Assembly: GCA_963719515.1 (NCBI GenBank)
Contig: CAVRCJ010000006.1
Span: 224,001 to 288,000, forward strand
DNA: 64,000 nucleotides
Direction of reading: 5' to 3'
Source: an uncultured cyanobacterium
Lineage (GTDB): Bacteria; Cyanobacteriota; Cyanobacteriia; CAKZMO01
Shown here piece by piece: positions 49,441 through 58,901 of the stretch (position 1 is its first letter; each line of letters begins with the position of its first letter). The translations under genes and the position numbers were made by a program. The notes under the pieces were generated by a model. It was not told the origin of the DNA. It was given only the letters and a program-made list of their open reading frames with translations, and did no database searches.

Positions 49441-50459
49441 TGATTGAAATAAGTCCTTTTGAAGTATGTGTGGTTTTTGTTGTTGCCCAAGGTCTCTCCC
49501 GAAAATCAGGCTGCGCTCAGTCGAAGTTGTGTCAAAAAACTGTGGTGAGCAGCGTATGTGTCTGTGCAACCTGCTTCTGTACAAGCATATAAAACTTCAG
49601 CGCAAAGTTGTTCACTCTAGAGACAGTCTTTCTGAAACAACATAGAAGAGGAAGAAGTACTTTACATAAAGCATCTTTTTATAGAAGAAATAAAGCTATT
49701 TAATAGCTTTATAAAAGCCTGTTTTACTACGACCAAAAAACATCCAGCGCAGTTCTCATCTGCAAAAAGAAGTAGATTTTTTGCAAAATAGTCTGAGCTA
49801 AGCGCTAGCTTCTATTTTCTCTTTCAAATCAGTATCCGGAAAAGTTTTGCTTTTCCGGATTCTTTTCAGGCCTATGTAAGATTGATATGAAGCTGTCTAG
49901 ATAGCATTCACTATTGCCGCCCATTTTCTTGGCGGACGGCTTCATAATGCACATGCAGAACCAGGTGCGATCGCCTTAGCCATCTCATCCCTCGTCATGC
50001 TGCCGGGCTCCGCTTTCCGTACGCTTGCGAGGGAACTACAGGCTACTGAAGGACGTCTATTCAAGTAGACTACGATAGATGCCATCGTTATAGAGCGCGG
50101 TCTAGAAGCTCTCTTAGCCTCTTTTAGGCAGATGTTCTCAATTGGCCCGTCTAGGCGTAGCCTGTGCCCTCTTTACCGGCGGATAGGCTGTAAGCGCAGC
50201 TGGCCGCTTGATCCTATTTGTCCGTCAGCTTAGAAGTACTGACGATAGGCTTCCCCTCAAAAATTAGAGGGGTCAAGGGGTCTTCTCCGAAGCACAAGGG
50301 AGTCTTTGAGCAGCAAAACACCGAATATCGCAAGATACGAATTTCGTGAGTGGGGCCGGAGGTTGGAGCTAAAGGGGTGAAGAGTCCTGTAGTCCTATGT
50401 CAGCCGTACAATCTCGGTACGTACAGGCTTGGTAAGAGTAGCCCTGTATAAAACGCAAA

Positions 50460-50496
50460 AAAGTGGGGGGGCTGACTCAGGTCAGCCCCCCCACTT
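50460..50496 (-). terminator. Intrinsic terminator after PTPA-CTERM gene 3
   Basis: GGGGGGCTGAC-TCAG-GTCAGCCCCCC stem flanked by an A-run (U-tract on the minus strand). Confidence 0.8.
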
Positions 50497-50513
50497 TACA
50501 CAAGAGATAGAAG

Positions 50514-51182
50514 CTATGCTGTTTCTTCTACGTCTTCCTCTTTCTTATTGCGCAGCGCGGCGATTGCCATGCCCACTAGCCCCGGAAGCAGGGCAGGAGT
50601 CGGCACCTCTCCAACAAGCTTGGCGCTGCCTTCACGACTGGTGCCCTCTGGACCTACAGACTGAGCCCGAACCCCCGCCCTTGTACTTTTGTTGAACAAG
50701 CCTAAATTCAGAGCACCGGAGGAGCTAGCCAACTCAAACGTTATGCTACGGATATCATCGCCGCCTCCGATACCTTGTTGACCGATGGAAAATCCGGCAT
50801 CAAACTTCTTCGATGTTCGACCATTTAAATTGTTGTCCTGTCCGAGATTAATGACGTTGTCCTTTTTAAAGGTCACGTTCGAGATGGACTGACTAGCATT
50901 CACAATGCTCAGCGAATCTAAGAAAGCTTGGTCATCCTGGATGATGTCGAAGAAAAAACCTCGCAGATCCCCGATATTTCCTGTGGTGTCTTCTGGTAGA
51001 AGGCTAACGACAAACCGCAGGTTATCCCCTAAATCAGCTAAGCCTATGCTTGCTTTTATATTTTCGTCAGCAGTATCGCCACCCCCGGAAAGAACAACGC
51101 TAAACGCCTGAGCTGGTGCGTTGATTGTTCCAACGCCTAGGATTGCCGCAGCAACACCAGCAGAAACAAGTAAGTTTTTCAT
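50514..51182 (-). CDS. PTPA-CTERM sorting domain protein 3 (paralog of protein 2)
   Basis: Signal ending AQA; shares DLRGFFFD, FDAGFSIG, RAGVRA with protein 2; VPTPALLPGLVGMAIAALRNKK. Confidence 0.9.
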   Translation of the reverse strand: MKNLLVSAGVAAAILGVGTINAPAQAFSVVLSGGGDTADENIKASIGLADLGDNLRFVVSLLPEDTTGNIGDLRGFFFDIIQDDQAFLDSLSIVNASQSISNVTFKKDNVINLGQDNNLNGRTSKKFDAGFSIGQQGIGGGDDIRSITFELASSSGALNLGLFNKSTRAGVRAQSVGPEGTSREGSAKLVGEVPTPALLPGLVGMAIAALRNKKEEDVEETA

Positions 51183-51463
51183 AGATATGGGAGTAAGTTC
51201 CTATTTGTAGATGTTACTAAGGTTTGTTTGAGTGTTGCTTTGCTCTCTAATAAGAGTGAGGTTTTCCGCAGCAGGGTCTACTTGCGCCATACAAAAGCCC
51301 CAGCTGCACCTCACGACCGAACTTCATAAGTGATTATACTGTACTCTCCTCAGAGGATACTCATCTAAGCGCCGAGCTTCATCAAAGCTATATACAAAAA
51401 AAGAGGCCGCTTTATATCTGCTACAGGGGGCGCTGCTCCGCTACCCTGCAGCCTTTACCAAAA

Positions 51464-52390
51464 TCACTGTACTGCGGCTTTCCGCTCCGATCGACGAATC
51501 AGCCACATCATGATGTAGTAATACGCCGTCAGCAGAATTCCCGAAAAGATCTGACCGCCCCAGAAGCCGTGCCAGAAGTTAAACCACCACTCCCCCCAAT
51601 AGACATTGGCAATGGTCACCAGCATCAGGCGAGGAATATTGAACAGCATCGATATCACTACCGCGATCGCAATCAGCAACGCCATCTGGCCCCGCTTTTG
51701 CTTATAAAGAATTCCCATAAAGAAACCTACCGCTGCCACCGTCAGCGCCATGTCTAATCCGTTACATCCCCAGCCCACCTCGACAGCGCCCTCAGGGAAA
51801 GTGATGTAAATGCCTTGCGCAGTGGCCGGAAAGCCAATCGCCCGCATCGCCGCCCCTCCCCACTGCGCCATGAGGCGCTCAAGAAACTGATAAGGCGTGA
51901 AAAAGTCCCAGATGAAGCGGGAGATAAACCCGATGCGGGGATACACGCTGAGAGTGGCTAGAAACGTAGCCAGCGGAAACCGCGCGAAGAACGCGATGCC
52001 CCAAGTGCTGCAGACCATACCGACTAAGACCAGCAGCCAAAGAAAAGACTGAGGCCAGATGGCGAATCGACAGAAGGGGAGAAGCACCGCCCCCGCTACG
52101 ATGAGCAGATGCCCCAAAAAACGGTCTTCCTCTGAGGCAGACAGCTTCTTCAGCTGCTTTTGCCGGCTCCACAAATCGTAAACTGCCAACAGCAGCATGC
52201 AGGAAATCAAGAACCAGCCGATTTTGCCTTTGAGCATTCTCGGCACTAGGTACCCCAACCACACAGGCAGGTAAACCAAACCGGCGGTGAGTCCCAGCAA
52301 CGTAAACCGGCCATCGTGGGTCTTTGCAAGCCTTGTAATCCAGGCGATCGCTGCTTGAAAAGATTGCTGTGGTTTTATTGAAAGGTTCAC
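51464..52390 (-). CDS. crtC: Cyanoexosortase C (exosortase family transpeptidase)
   Basis: About 8 TMs; catalytic Cys in VGWGCNG, Arg in NIPR, His in FWHG; adjacent to PTPA-CTERM genes. Confidence 0.88.
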   Translation of the reverse strand: MNLSIKPQQSFQAAIAWITRLAKTHDGRFTLLGLTAGLVYLPVWLGYLVPRMLKGKIGWFLISCMLLLAVYDLWSRQKQLKKLSASEEDRFLGHLLIVAGAVLLPFCRFAIWPQSFLWLLVLVGMVCSTWGIAFFARFPLATFLATLSVYPRIGFISRFIWDFFTPYQFLERLMAQWGGAAMRAIGFPATAQGIYITFPEGAVEVGWGCNGLDMALTVAAVGFFMGILYKQKRGQMALLIAIAVVISMLFNIPRLMLVTIANVYWGEWWFNFWHGFWGGQIFSGILLTAYYYIMMWLIRRSERKAAVQ

Positions 52391-52584
52391 TGACCTAGCA
52401 CCTTACATCTTGAGGGAATAAAATATAGACCATTATCTGGGCAAATCAAAATCTTTGAGCTATGCTCGTTGGGGAAATACTGGCCCGGCGAGAGAAATAC
52501 TGAGGCTAGCTTAACTTAGGCTTTCCCGTCTAGGCAGATAAGTATGGCAGACTCATCAAAAATTCTTAAACTCATCTGTGCCGT

Positions 52585-53298
52585 ATGAAAGCGCTGACGT
52601 TTGCAGCAGCAGGAGTGCTCTGGCTCATGGGGACCAAGCGCTGGCGGAAGCGGCTGCTTCAGACGCTGATCGTCATGCTGATCGGAACGCTAGTCGTGAC
52701 GTCATCCGCGTTCGTAAATCTGTTGACCTGGGGCATAACAGCGGCAGTTCCAGCTGACTCAGGCGATCGCATCGATGCCATTGTAGTTTTGGGAAGAGGG
52801 CCAGCCCTCAGAGAAGAGCGGCTTGAGCTAGTCCAGCAAATCTGGCGAGACGAGCGATCGCCGGTTGTCTTTGCTAGCGGCATGAGCGACGCCCGCGAGA
52901 TATTAAAGCATTTAGAGAAGAGCGGTATATCTCCTTCGGCGCTAGTCGGAGAGAGATGTTCTCAGACAACGGAGGAGAATGGTTTATTTACGTCGGCAGT
53001 CCTGCGACCGCTAGGCGTTGACACCATCTTACTGGTGACCGATCCTCTACACATGTGGCGATCGCTTTTGATTTTCCGCAGCGTGGGATTCGACGTGGTG
53101 CCCCATCCAACGCGCCTGGTCTCTGGGGAGGTCAGCACTCAGCAAGAACTCTATAGATTGGGACGGGAATACACCGCCTTGGCCTACTACGCCTTGACGG
53201 GCAAGTTTTTCAGGCGATCGCCTGAAAAACTAGACAATCCCCCAGCAGAGGTCAGGCGTAAAATTCGCGATTGGAACTGCAAGGTCTACAAAATTTAG
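52585..53298 (+). CDS. YdcF/DUF218 family protein
   Basis: DAIVVLG, ERCSQTTEEN, LVTDPLHMWRS, REY. Confidence 0.85.
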   Translation: MKALTFAAAGVLWLMGTKRWRKRLLQTLIVMLIGTLVVTSSAFVNLLTWGITAAVPADSGDRIDAIVVLGRGPALREERLELVQQIWRDERSPVVFASGMSDAREILKHLEKSGISPSALVGERCSQTTEENGLFTSAVLRPLGVDTILLVTDPLHMWRSLLIFRSVGFDVVPHPTRLVSGEVSTQQELYRLGREYTALAYYALTGKFFRRSPEKLDNPPAEVRRKIRDWNCKVYKI

Positions 53299-53521
53299 GC
53301 TGACTTGGCGATCGCTCATCAAGGGAACTGTCTGCCAATAGTCAAGCCCAAAACCTAGGGGCCTCGCAAACCGATTGAAGGGGTGAGTAGAGTATTAGCA
53401 GTAGCAGCTCAGTGAGAGTGAACAAGTTAGGGTCGTAGGTAAAAACTGCCAGAAGCTTTGTAGAATCTGCATTCTCGCAGCTCTTTGACCCCAACTTCTA
53501 TCCTCTAGTGAGATATCTGAG

Positions 53522-54754
53522 CTACAGTGCCAGGCCAGAGTTGAGAGTTAAATTGAGATCGGTTGCAGGATCAATCGTGATCATCGTTACTCGATCTCCC
53601 CCCAGCAGCACTCCGCCCACTGTTCCGGCTGCCGTTCCGGCGAGGACTTCTAGAACATCAATTCGGCTATCGCCCGTCACTTCTGCGAGCACGGCGGCGG
53701 CTCCGGATCCAACCACAGCGCCCGCGATCGTATCTACAACGTCCACATTTTTGCGGATTGTCCTGGTTTCGGTAATGGTGCGAGATACCGCATCAATAGC
53801 AACCCGTTGACCGTTGGCAAGCACAAGTTCCTGGGCCACAAACTGTGAACCTCGCCCCGAGGGACGTAGCTCACCTACCACCTGACTGCCCACGGGCACG
53901 ACAACCTGTCCCTGGCTATTGGTCAAGGTTTGAGACACCGTCAGCACGAGAGGAAGCGTCTCACGGGGCAACAGCAAAATCTCATCCGCCTCATCGCTAT
54001 AGCTGACCGGGATAGTCGCCCCAGCAGGTAGGCTCACTGAACTGGAAGGCGTGCTGGGAGCCTGGGCTAGATCGACGATGTAGGGAGAACTCACTGCCGT
54101 CACCTCACCTTGGCTCGCCAGGGCTTGATAGATGAAGGCGGCTACATCCGCGCGGGTAGCGGCCTGATTAGGCTGTAGGCGCTGCACGCTAGGGTAGTTG
54201 ACAACAATGCGCTGCTCCGTCGCGGCGGCAATGCTGTTGATAGCGTAGTCTGGGATGGTAGCAGAATCAGCGTAAAGCCGCAGGGAGTCACTGCTGTTGG
54301 CGGTGTAGTTTAATCCGTTGGCCAAGGAGACAAGCACCTGGGCTTTGGGAATATTTTGGTCAGGACGAAACAGGTTACCGGGATATCCTGAGAGGAAGCC
54401 CATACGGTAGGCGTCATCAATGGCGGGGGTGGCCCAGTAGTCACGGGCGACGTCCCCAAAGGAGGCTGCGCCTCGAATGTCTGCCTCGTTAAAGGCTTTG
54501 CGCACCATGGCGGCATACTGAGCCCGGGTGACGGGGGCATTGGGCTGAAAGCTACCGTCGGGGAAGCCGGCGATAATATCCCTTGCGGCCAGATCCATGA
54601 TGAAACGCTCGGCCCAGTAGCCAGAGGGAACATCGGTGAAGCGAGTTTGAGCGACGGCGGGGGCGGGGCTGACCAAGGGGGCGACAGCGCCCGTCCCTAA
54701 GCCCAGCAGCAGTATTAGGGCAGTGCTCGTTTGAAAGCGTGAGAAGTTTGACAT
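53522..54754 (-). CDS. S-layer homology (SLH) domain protein
   Basis: FTDVPSGYWA, GFPDGSFQPNAPVTRAQ, ATRADVAAFIYQ; glycine-zipper-like C-terminus; ATG 54754 with GGAG upstream. Confidence 0.9.
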   Translation of the reverse strand: MSNFSRFQTSTALILLLGLGTGAVAPLVSPAPAVAQTRFTDVPSGYWAERFIMDLAARDIIAGFPDGSFQPNAPVTRAQYAAMVRKAFNEADIRGAASFGDVARDYWATPAIDDAYRMGFLSGYPGNLFRPDQNIPKAQVLVSLANGLNYTANSSDSLRLYADSATIPDYAINSIAAATEQRIVVNYPSVQRLQPNQAATRADVAAFIYQALASQGEVTAVSSPYIVDLAQAPSTPSSSVSLPAGATIPVSYSDEADEILLLPRETLPLVLTVSQTLTNSQGQVVVPVGSQVVGELRPSGRGSQFVAQELVLANGQRVAIDAVSRTITETRTIRKNVDVVDTIAGAVVGSGAAAVLAEVTGDSRIDVLEVLAGTAAGTVGGVLLGGDRVTMITIDPATDLNLTLNSGLAL

Positions 54755-55042
54755 GGACGAATAAGCTCCAGGAAATGGTGGATGCAGCTGCATCCGGTTG
54801 TAATAAGGAGGCGGGATTTGCTTAGGAATTAATTTCTAGAAGGCGGAGGTTGAGATTCCAGCGTTTCTTTGAGAAGGTATTCTTTTGCTGAATCTTGAGT
54901 ACAGGACAAAGCGGACTTTGTAGCTGCAGCCTGATGTCCATAATGAACGTTACGAGGCCAAAAAGTTCGGGCCCTATGCCGAAAATTGGACTGTCTGAGG
55001 GCGATCGCCCACCGTTGAACCAGAACCATCTTGAGAGCCATC

Positions 55043-55369
55043 ATGGCTGACTATCCAGTGACTCCCGACGGACGCTATTTTGTGGTGAGAGGAAGGCTTT
55101 GGCGCTGCACGAACCCCAATTTAGACGAAGAAACCCGCCAGCGCTACGTGAAGCAGCTTATGGAGGCTCGCCGCCAGGTGAAGCGAGCCAAGCAGTCCGA
55201 GGAAGCAGCCGCGCTTAAAGAGGCGCGAGGTCAGGTGCATCAGGCCAAGGTCGCTTTAGGAGAGCGCGGGCCGGTGTGGTGGAAGGATAGTGAGCCTGAC
55301 TTCAACCGATATTTAGCCAAGAATACGCCCTATGCTGATTGGTACGGGGCACTGTCTGAGCCGTCTTGA
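55043..55369 (+). CDS. Conserved hypothetical protein
   Basis: TPDGRYFVVRGRLWR, LGERGPVWW, NTPYADW. Confidence 0.75.
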   Translation: MADYPVTPDGRYFVVRGRLWRCTNPNLDEETRQRYVKQLMEARRQVKRAKQSEEAAALKEARGQVHQAKVALGERGPVWWKDSEPDFNRYLAKNTPYADWYGALSEPS

Positions 55370-55422
55370 TGCTTGACGTAATGCGCTGATTTAGCGCAAT
55401 AAGACCAAGGCAATAGTCGAAA

Positions 55423-55452
55423 TTGCGCGCACCTGCTGAGAGATGCGCGCAA
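55423..55452. terminator. Hairpin between convergent genes
   Basis: TTGCGCGCA-N12-TGCGCGCAA. Confidence 0.45.
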
Positions 55453-55544
55453 CTTTAGAAATTGGGGCCGGCACTTCTGCGTCCCTTCTCATTAGAGTTA
55501 TCTTCTAATCGAGGAGCGCCGCCTTAACCCTGTGGCGATTCGGC

Positions 55545-55955
55545 CTAGTGCGTTTTGGTTCCTTCAACTGCACCACCAGCGGCTTTCCACGCCGAAATGC
55601 CGCCCTGGATGGCAGACACTTTTTGGTAGCCTGCCTGACGGAGTTGGCTAGCGGCTTCAGAGGACGCTTGGTCAGCGTCACCGTACACAAACAGATCGCG
55701 AGTGTCTTCTAGAGCATGCTTTTCGCGCACGCTAGCGACCAAGTCATTCATAGGTACGCCAATGGCTCCAAGAATGCGCTCGCCGTCGTAGTTCTCCTTA
55801 GAGCGGACATCCAGAATAGAAAGAGCAGGCTCTCCCCAGTCGAGACGCTCTTTGAGGTTGCTGGCGGCTACAGTCTGCGCCATATCTGGAGGCGTCGGCA
55901 GAGGCTCAGTGACGGTCTCTTTGGCAGAACGGACGTTTTCTTCAACAGTACCCAT
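55545..55955 (-). CDS. Rhodanese-like domain protein (non-catalytic type)
   Basis: LKERLDWGEPALSILDVR, GGISAW; YGD replaces the active-site Cys loop; RBS AAGGAG. Confidence 0.85.
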   Translation of the reverse strand: MGTVEENVRSAKETVTEPLPTPPDMAQTVAASNLKERLDWGEPALSILDVRSKENYDGERILGAIGVPMNDLVASVREKHALEDTRDLFVYGDADQASSEAASQLRQAGYQKVSAIQGGISAWKAAGGAVEGTKTH

Positions 55956-56082
55956 AAGGCTCCTTAAGTGTCATAAAACTTATCATTAATAAGATGGTAA
56001 GCAATGTAACACTACCTGGTGTCTTCCTATAGTGAGAGGTCTTCTTCAAGTCTCTCTAAAGAGCTAGCCCCAGGAAATTTGT

Positions 56083-57630
56083 CTAAGCGAACTTAGTCAA
56101 AAGACCAAGAAGAGCTTTTGAGCGAGGCGTCAGCAGCGTCCGTCTATAGGTATCTGCCGCCTTTTTAATCGCTTCAGCTTCTGTGGGATAGGGGTGGATG
56201 ACGCTCGACATTTTGCTCAGGCCAATCTTGTGAACGATCGCGGTAGTAATTTCGCTGATCATCTCCCCCGCGTGGGGAGCCACAATCGTCGCCCCTAAAA
56301 TTTCGTCAGACCCTCGCTTGTGCAAAATCTTCAGAAAGCCCTCGTCGTCGCCCTCCGCCAGCGCCCGGTCGACGTCGTCGAAGTTAATCTTGATGGTGTG
56401 AGTTTCCAGGCCCTGCTCCTGCGCGTCTTCTTCATAAAGCCCCACATGAGCAATTTCGGGGTCAGTGTAGGTTACCCAGGGCATCACCAAATCGCTGAGC
56501 TTGGAGCGGCTCAGACCAAAAGGAGAAAATAGCGCATTTTTGATCACAATGCGGGCGGCGGCGTCTGCCGCGTGGGTAAACTTCCAGTCCATGCAGACGT
56601 CACCCGCCGCGAAGATCTTCGGGTTACTGGTCACCAGCTTGTCGTCTACAATAACGCCTCTCCGGGGGTCGTACTCAACGCCCGCTTCCTCTAGGCCTAT
56701 GCCCTCTACGTTGGGGGCGCGGCCTGCCCCCATCAAGATTTCGTCCACGACAATGGTTCCAGGCTTGCCGTTGCTCTCGTAGGCAATTTGCTTACCTTGG
56801 GGCGTCGCGGTGACCCGCTTTAGCTTGGAGTCCAGCACCAGCTGGACGCCGTCCTGCAGCATAGAGCGCTGCACAATTTCAGCGGCATCAGGGTCTTCCT
56901 TGCCGAGCAGGTGGCCGTGGCGGTGGAAGAGCACCACCTCGGTACCCAACCGCTGAAAAGACTGAGCTAGCTCGCAGCCGATGGGGCCGCCACCAATTAC
57001 CCCAAGGCGCTTGGGCAGCTCCGTCAGGTTGAACACCGTCTCGTTAGTAAGGTAGCCCACCTCGTCAACGCCGTCGATGCTGGGGCGTACCGCCCGACCG
57101 CCCGTGGCGATTACCGCTTTCTTGAAGTGCAGCTTGGCGTCTCCCACCTGGAGGCAGTCGCGGCTGACAAAATGGCCGTGGCCTAAAAAGACGTCTACGC
57201 CCGTTTTTTGGGCCGACGCTGCCGAATCGATTGGGCTAATGTCCGCCCTGACCTTGCGCACTCGCTCCATCACGGCGGCAAAATCGACGGTGACGTTCTC
57301 GGGAGGCTGCACGCCGTAGGGGAGCGATCGCTTCATCTCAGCGACAGCTCGCCCGGACCGAATGATGGTCTTAGAGGGTACGCAGCCTACGTTAAGGCAG
57401 TCTCCGCCCATCAGGTGCTTTTCGACTAGGGCAACCTTGAGGCCAATGTCCAAACCCGCCGCGCCTTTGGCGACCACCAGGCCCGCCGTCCCGGACCCGA
57501 TGACAACCAGGTCATAGCGTTCCTGGGGCCGTGGGTTTTGCCAATCGCTGGGGTGAACGTTGTCAATCAGCGCCCGGTTGTACTTATCCATTGGCGGGAT
57601 AACGACAGGCTGAACTGTAGAGCGAGTCAT
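56083..57630 (-). CDS. Pyridine nucleotide-disulfide oxidoreductase, mercuric-reductase-like
   Basis: GSGTAG, GGDCLNVGCVPSK, GGGPIGCE, HPYPTEAE; lacks the MerA C-terminal CC pair. Confidence 0.88.
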   Translation of the reverse strand: MTRSTVQPVVIPPMDKYNRALIDNVHPSDWQNPRPQERYDLVVIGSGTAGLVVAKGAAGLDIGLKVALVEKHLMGGDCLNVGCVPSKTIIRSGRAVAEMKRSLPYGVQPPENVTVDFAAVMERVRKVRADISPIDSAASAQKTGVDVFLGHGHFVSRDCLQVGDAKLHFKKAVIATGGRAVRPSIDGVDEVGYLTNETVFNLTELPKRLGVIGGGPIGCELAQSFQRLGTEVVLFHRHGHLLGKEDPDAAEIVQRSMLQDGVQLVLDSKLKRVTATPQGKQIAYESNGKPGTIVVDEILMGAGRAPNVEGIGLEEAGVEYDPRRGVIVDDKLVTSNPKIFAAGDVCMDWKFTHAADAAARIVIKNALFSPFGLSRSKLSDLVMPWVTYTDPEIAHVGLYEEDAQEQGLETHTIKINFDDVDRALAEGDDEGFLKILHKRGSDEILGATIVAPHAGEMISEITTAIVHKIGLSKMSSVIHPYPTEAEAIKKAADTYRRTLLTPRSKALLGLLTKFA

Positions 57631-57747
57631 AGGGGTTACCTTCTGTGGTGGGGTGATAGTGCTATAGCGTTTGCGCCATCAAGAGATATTAGCGGTGCTA
57701 GGTTTATTAAAGCTAGGGACATAGCGCTGCCCTGTCCTCGCAAGATG

Positions 57748-58563
57748 CTAGCCATTGGGCTGGGCATCGGCTTCCAAATCTTCGTCGACGGTCTCGTCGA
57801 GGGCTTTGCGGGCTACGCGAGTTACGTAGAGGGTCACGGCGACGGTGGCAATAAAGCCCACAATTCGAATGGCCCACTGTACGGCGGCGTTATCGGGGGT
57901 GTCTCCTGCGCCAAGGGTAGCGAGGTTGCCCGCCAGCGACCCGAGGTAGACATACATGATGGTACCGGGCAGCATGCCGATGCAGCCCAGCACGTAGTCC
58001 CGCAGCGACACGCCGGTTACCCCGTAGGCGTAGTTGAGCAAATTGAAGGGAAAGATAGGGGATAACCGGGTCAGCAGCACAATTTTGAAGCCCTCTCGTC
58101 CCACGGCCTTGTCAATCGCGTTGAACTTCTCGTTGCCCTCAATTTTCTTTGCCACCCAGCCCCGAGCTAGGTAGCGTCCGACGAGAAAGGCCGCCGTTGC
58201 ACCGATGGTCGCGCCCACGAATACCAGCAGCGAGCCGAGCACGACGCCAAAGACGACCCCTGCCCCTAGGGTGAGAATGGAGCCCGGTAGAAAGGCCACC
58301 GCCGCCACTACATAGAGGACGACAAAGGCGATCGCCCCCAGCGGCCCTAATCCCTGAATCCATTCCAGGGCAGACTGCAGCCACTGCTGCGGAGCAAACC
58401 CTGCCGAGTCCTGGGCGATCGCGGGGGAGGTTGTGAGAAAAAAGGCGATCGTTGCCAGCAGCAAGCCTTGAACGAACCGGCGGAACCGGCGTCCTATAGC
58501 TGCTGACTTTTTGATTGTTCTAGCGGTAGATCTAGGCGGGGTCACGGTGTTCTCCTGCAACAA
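57748..58563 (-). CDS. TVP38/TMEM64 (DedA-like) membrane protein
   Basis: LPGSILTLGAGVVFG, LTRLSPIFPFNLLNY, MLPGT; start uncertain. Confidence 0.88.
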   Translation of the reverse strand: MLQENTVTPPRSTARTIKKSAAIGRRFRRFVQGLLLATIAFFLTTSPAIAQDSAGFAPQQWLQSALEWIQGLGPLGAIAFVVLYVVAAVAFLPGSILTLGAGVVFGVVLGSLLVFVGATIGATAAFLVGRYLARGWVAKKIEGNEKFNAIDKAVGREGFKIVLLTRLSPIFPFNLLNYAYGVTGVSLRDYVLGCIGMLPGTIMYVYLGSLAGNLATLGAGDTPDNAAVQWAIRIVGFIATVAVTLYVTRVARKALDETVDEDLEADAQPNG

Positions 58564-58901
58564 GGGCTAAATGTTCAACGCTGTCAATACCATAGGCATC
58601 AAGACTTAGACCCGTATGATGCGAATCTGAGGCTCATATTAAAGCTAGTTCTACGCAAAAAGGTTAAGCCAGACTGAGAGCCCGCAAAAATCTGTGGTAG
58701 ATGAAAATCACAGAAACGAGGGAACTACTCTAAACATCTAATGAAGACTGCTCAATGACCTAGTCGCGGGGGCAACTGAGACAGCTAGAATTTAGACCCC
58801 GAGGCAATCGAGCGTAGTCGCAGCGGCAGCTTACCGCCCCACAGCGGCAGCGATTTACTCTGCCCTAAAGGCTCAATCCCAAGAATCCGTTTATCCAGTG
58901 A

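Noticed and set aside
47867..50496. Intergenic hairpins as REP targets of the RAYT-like protein
   Set aside because: They share no sequence or common tetranucleotide foot and sit where terminators are expected
56083..57630. mer operon
   Set aside because: No merR/T/P and no C-terminal vicinal cysteines
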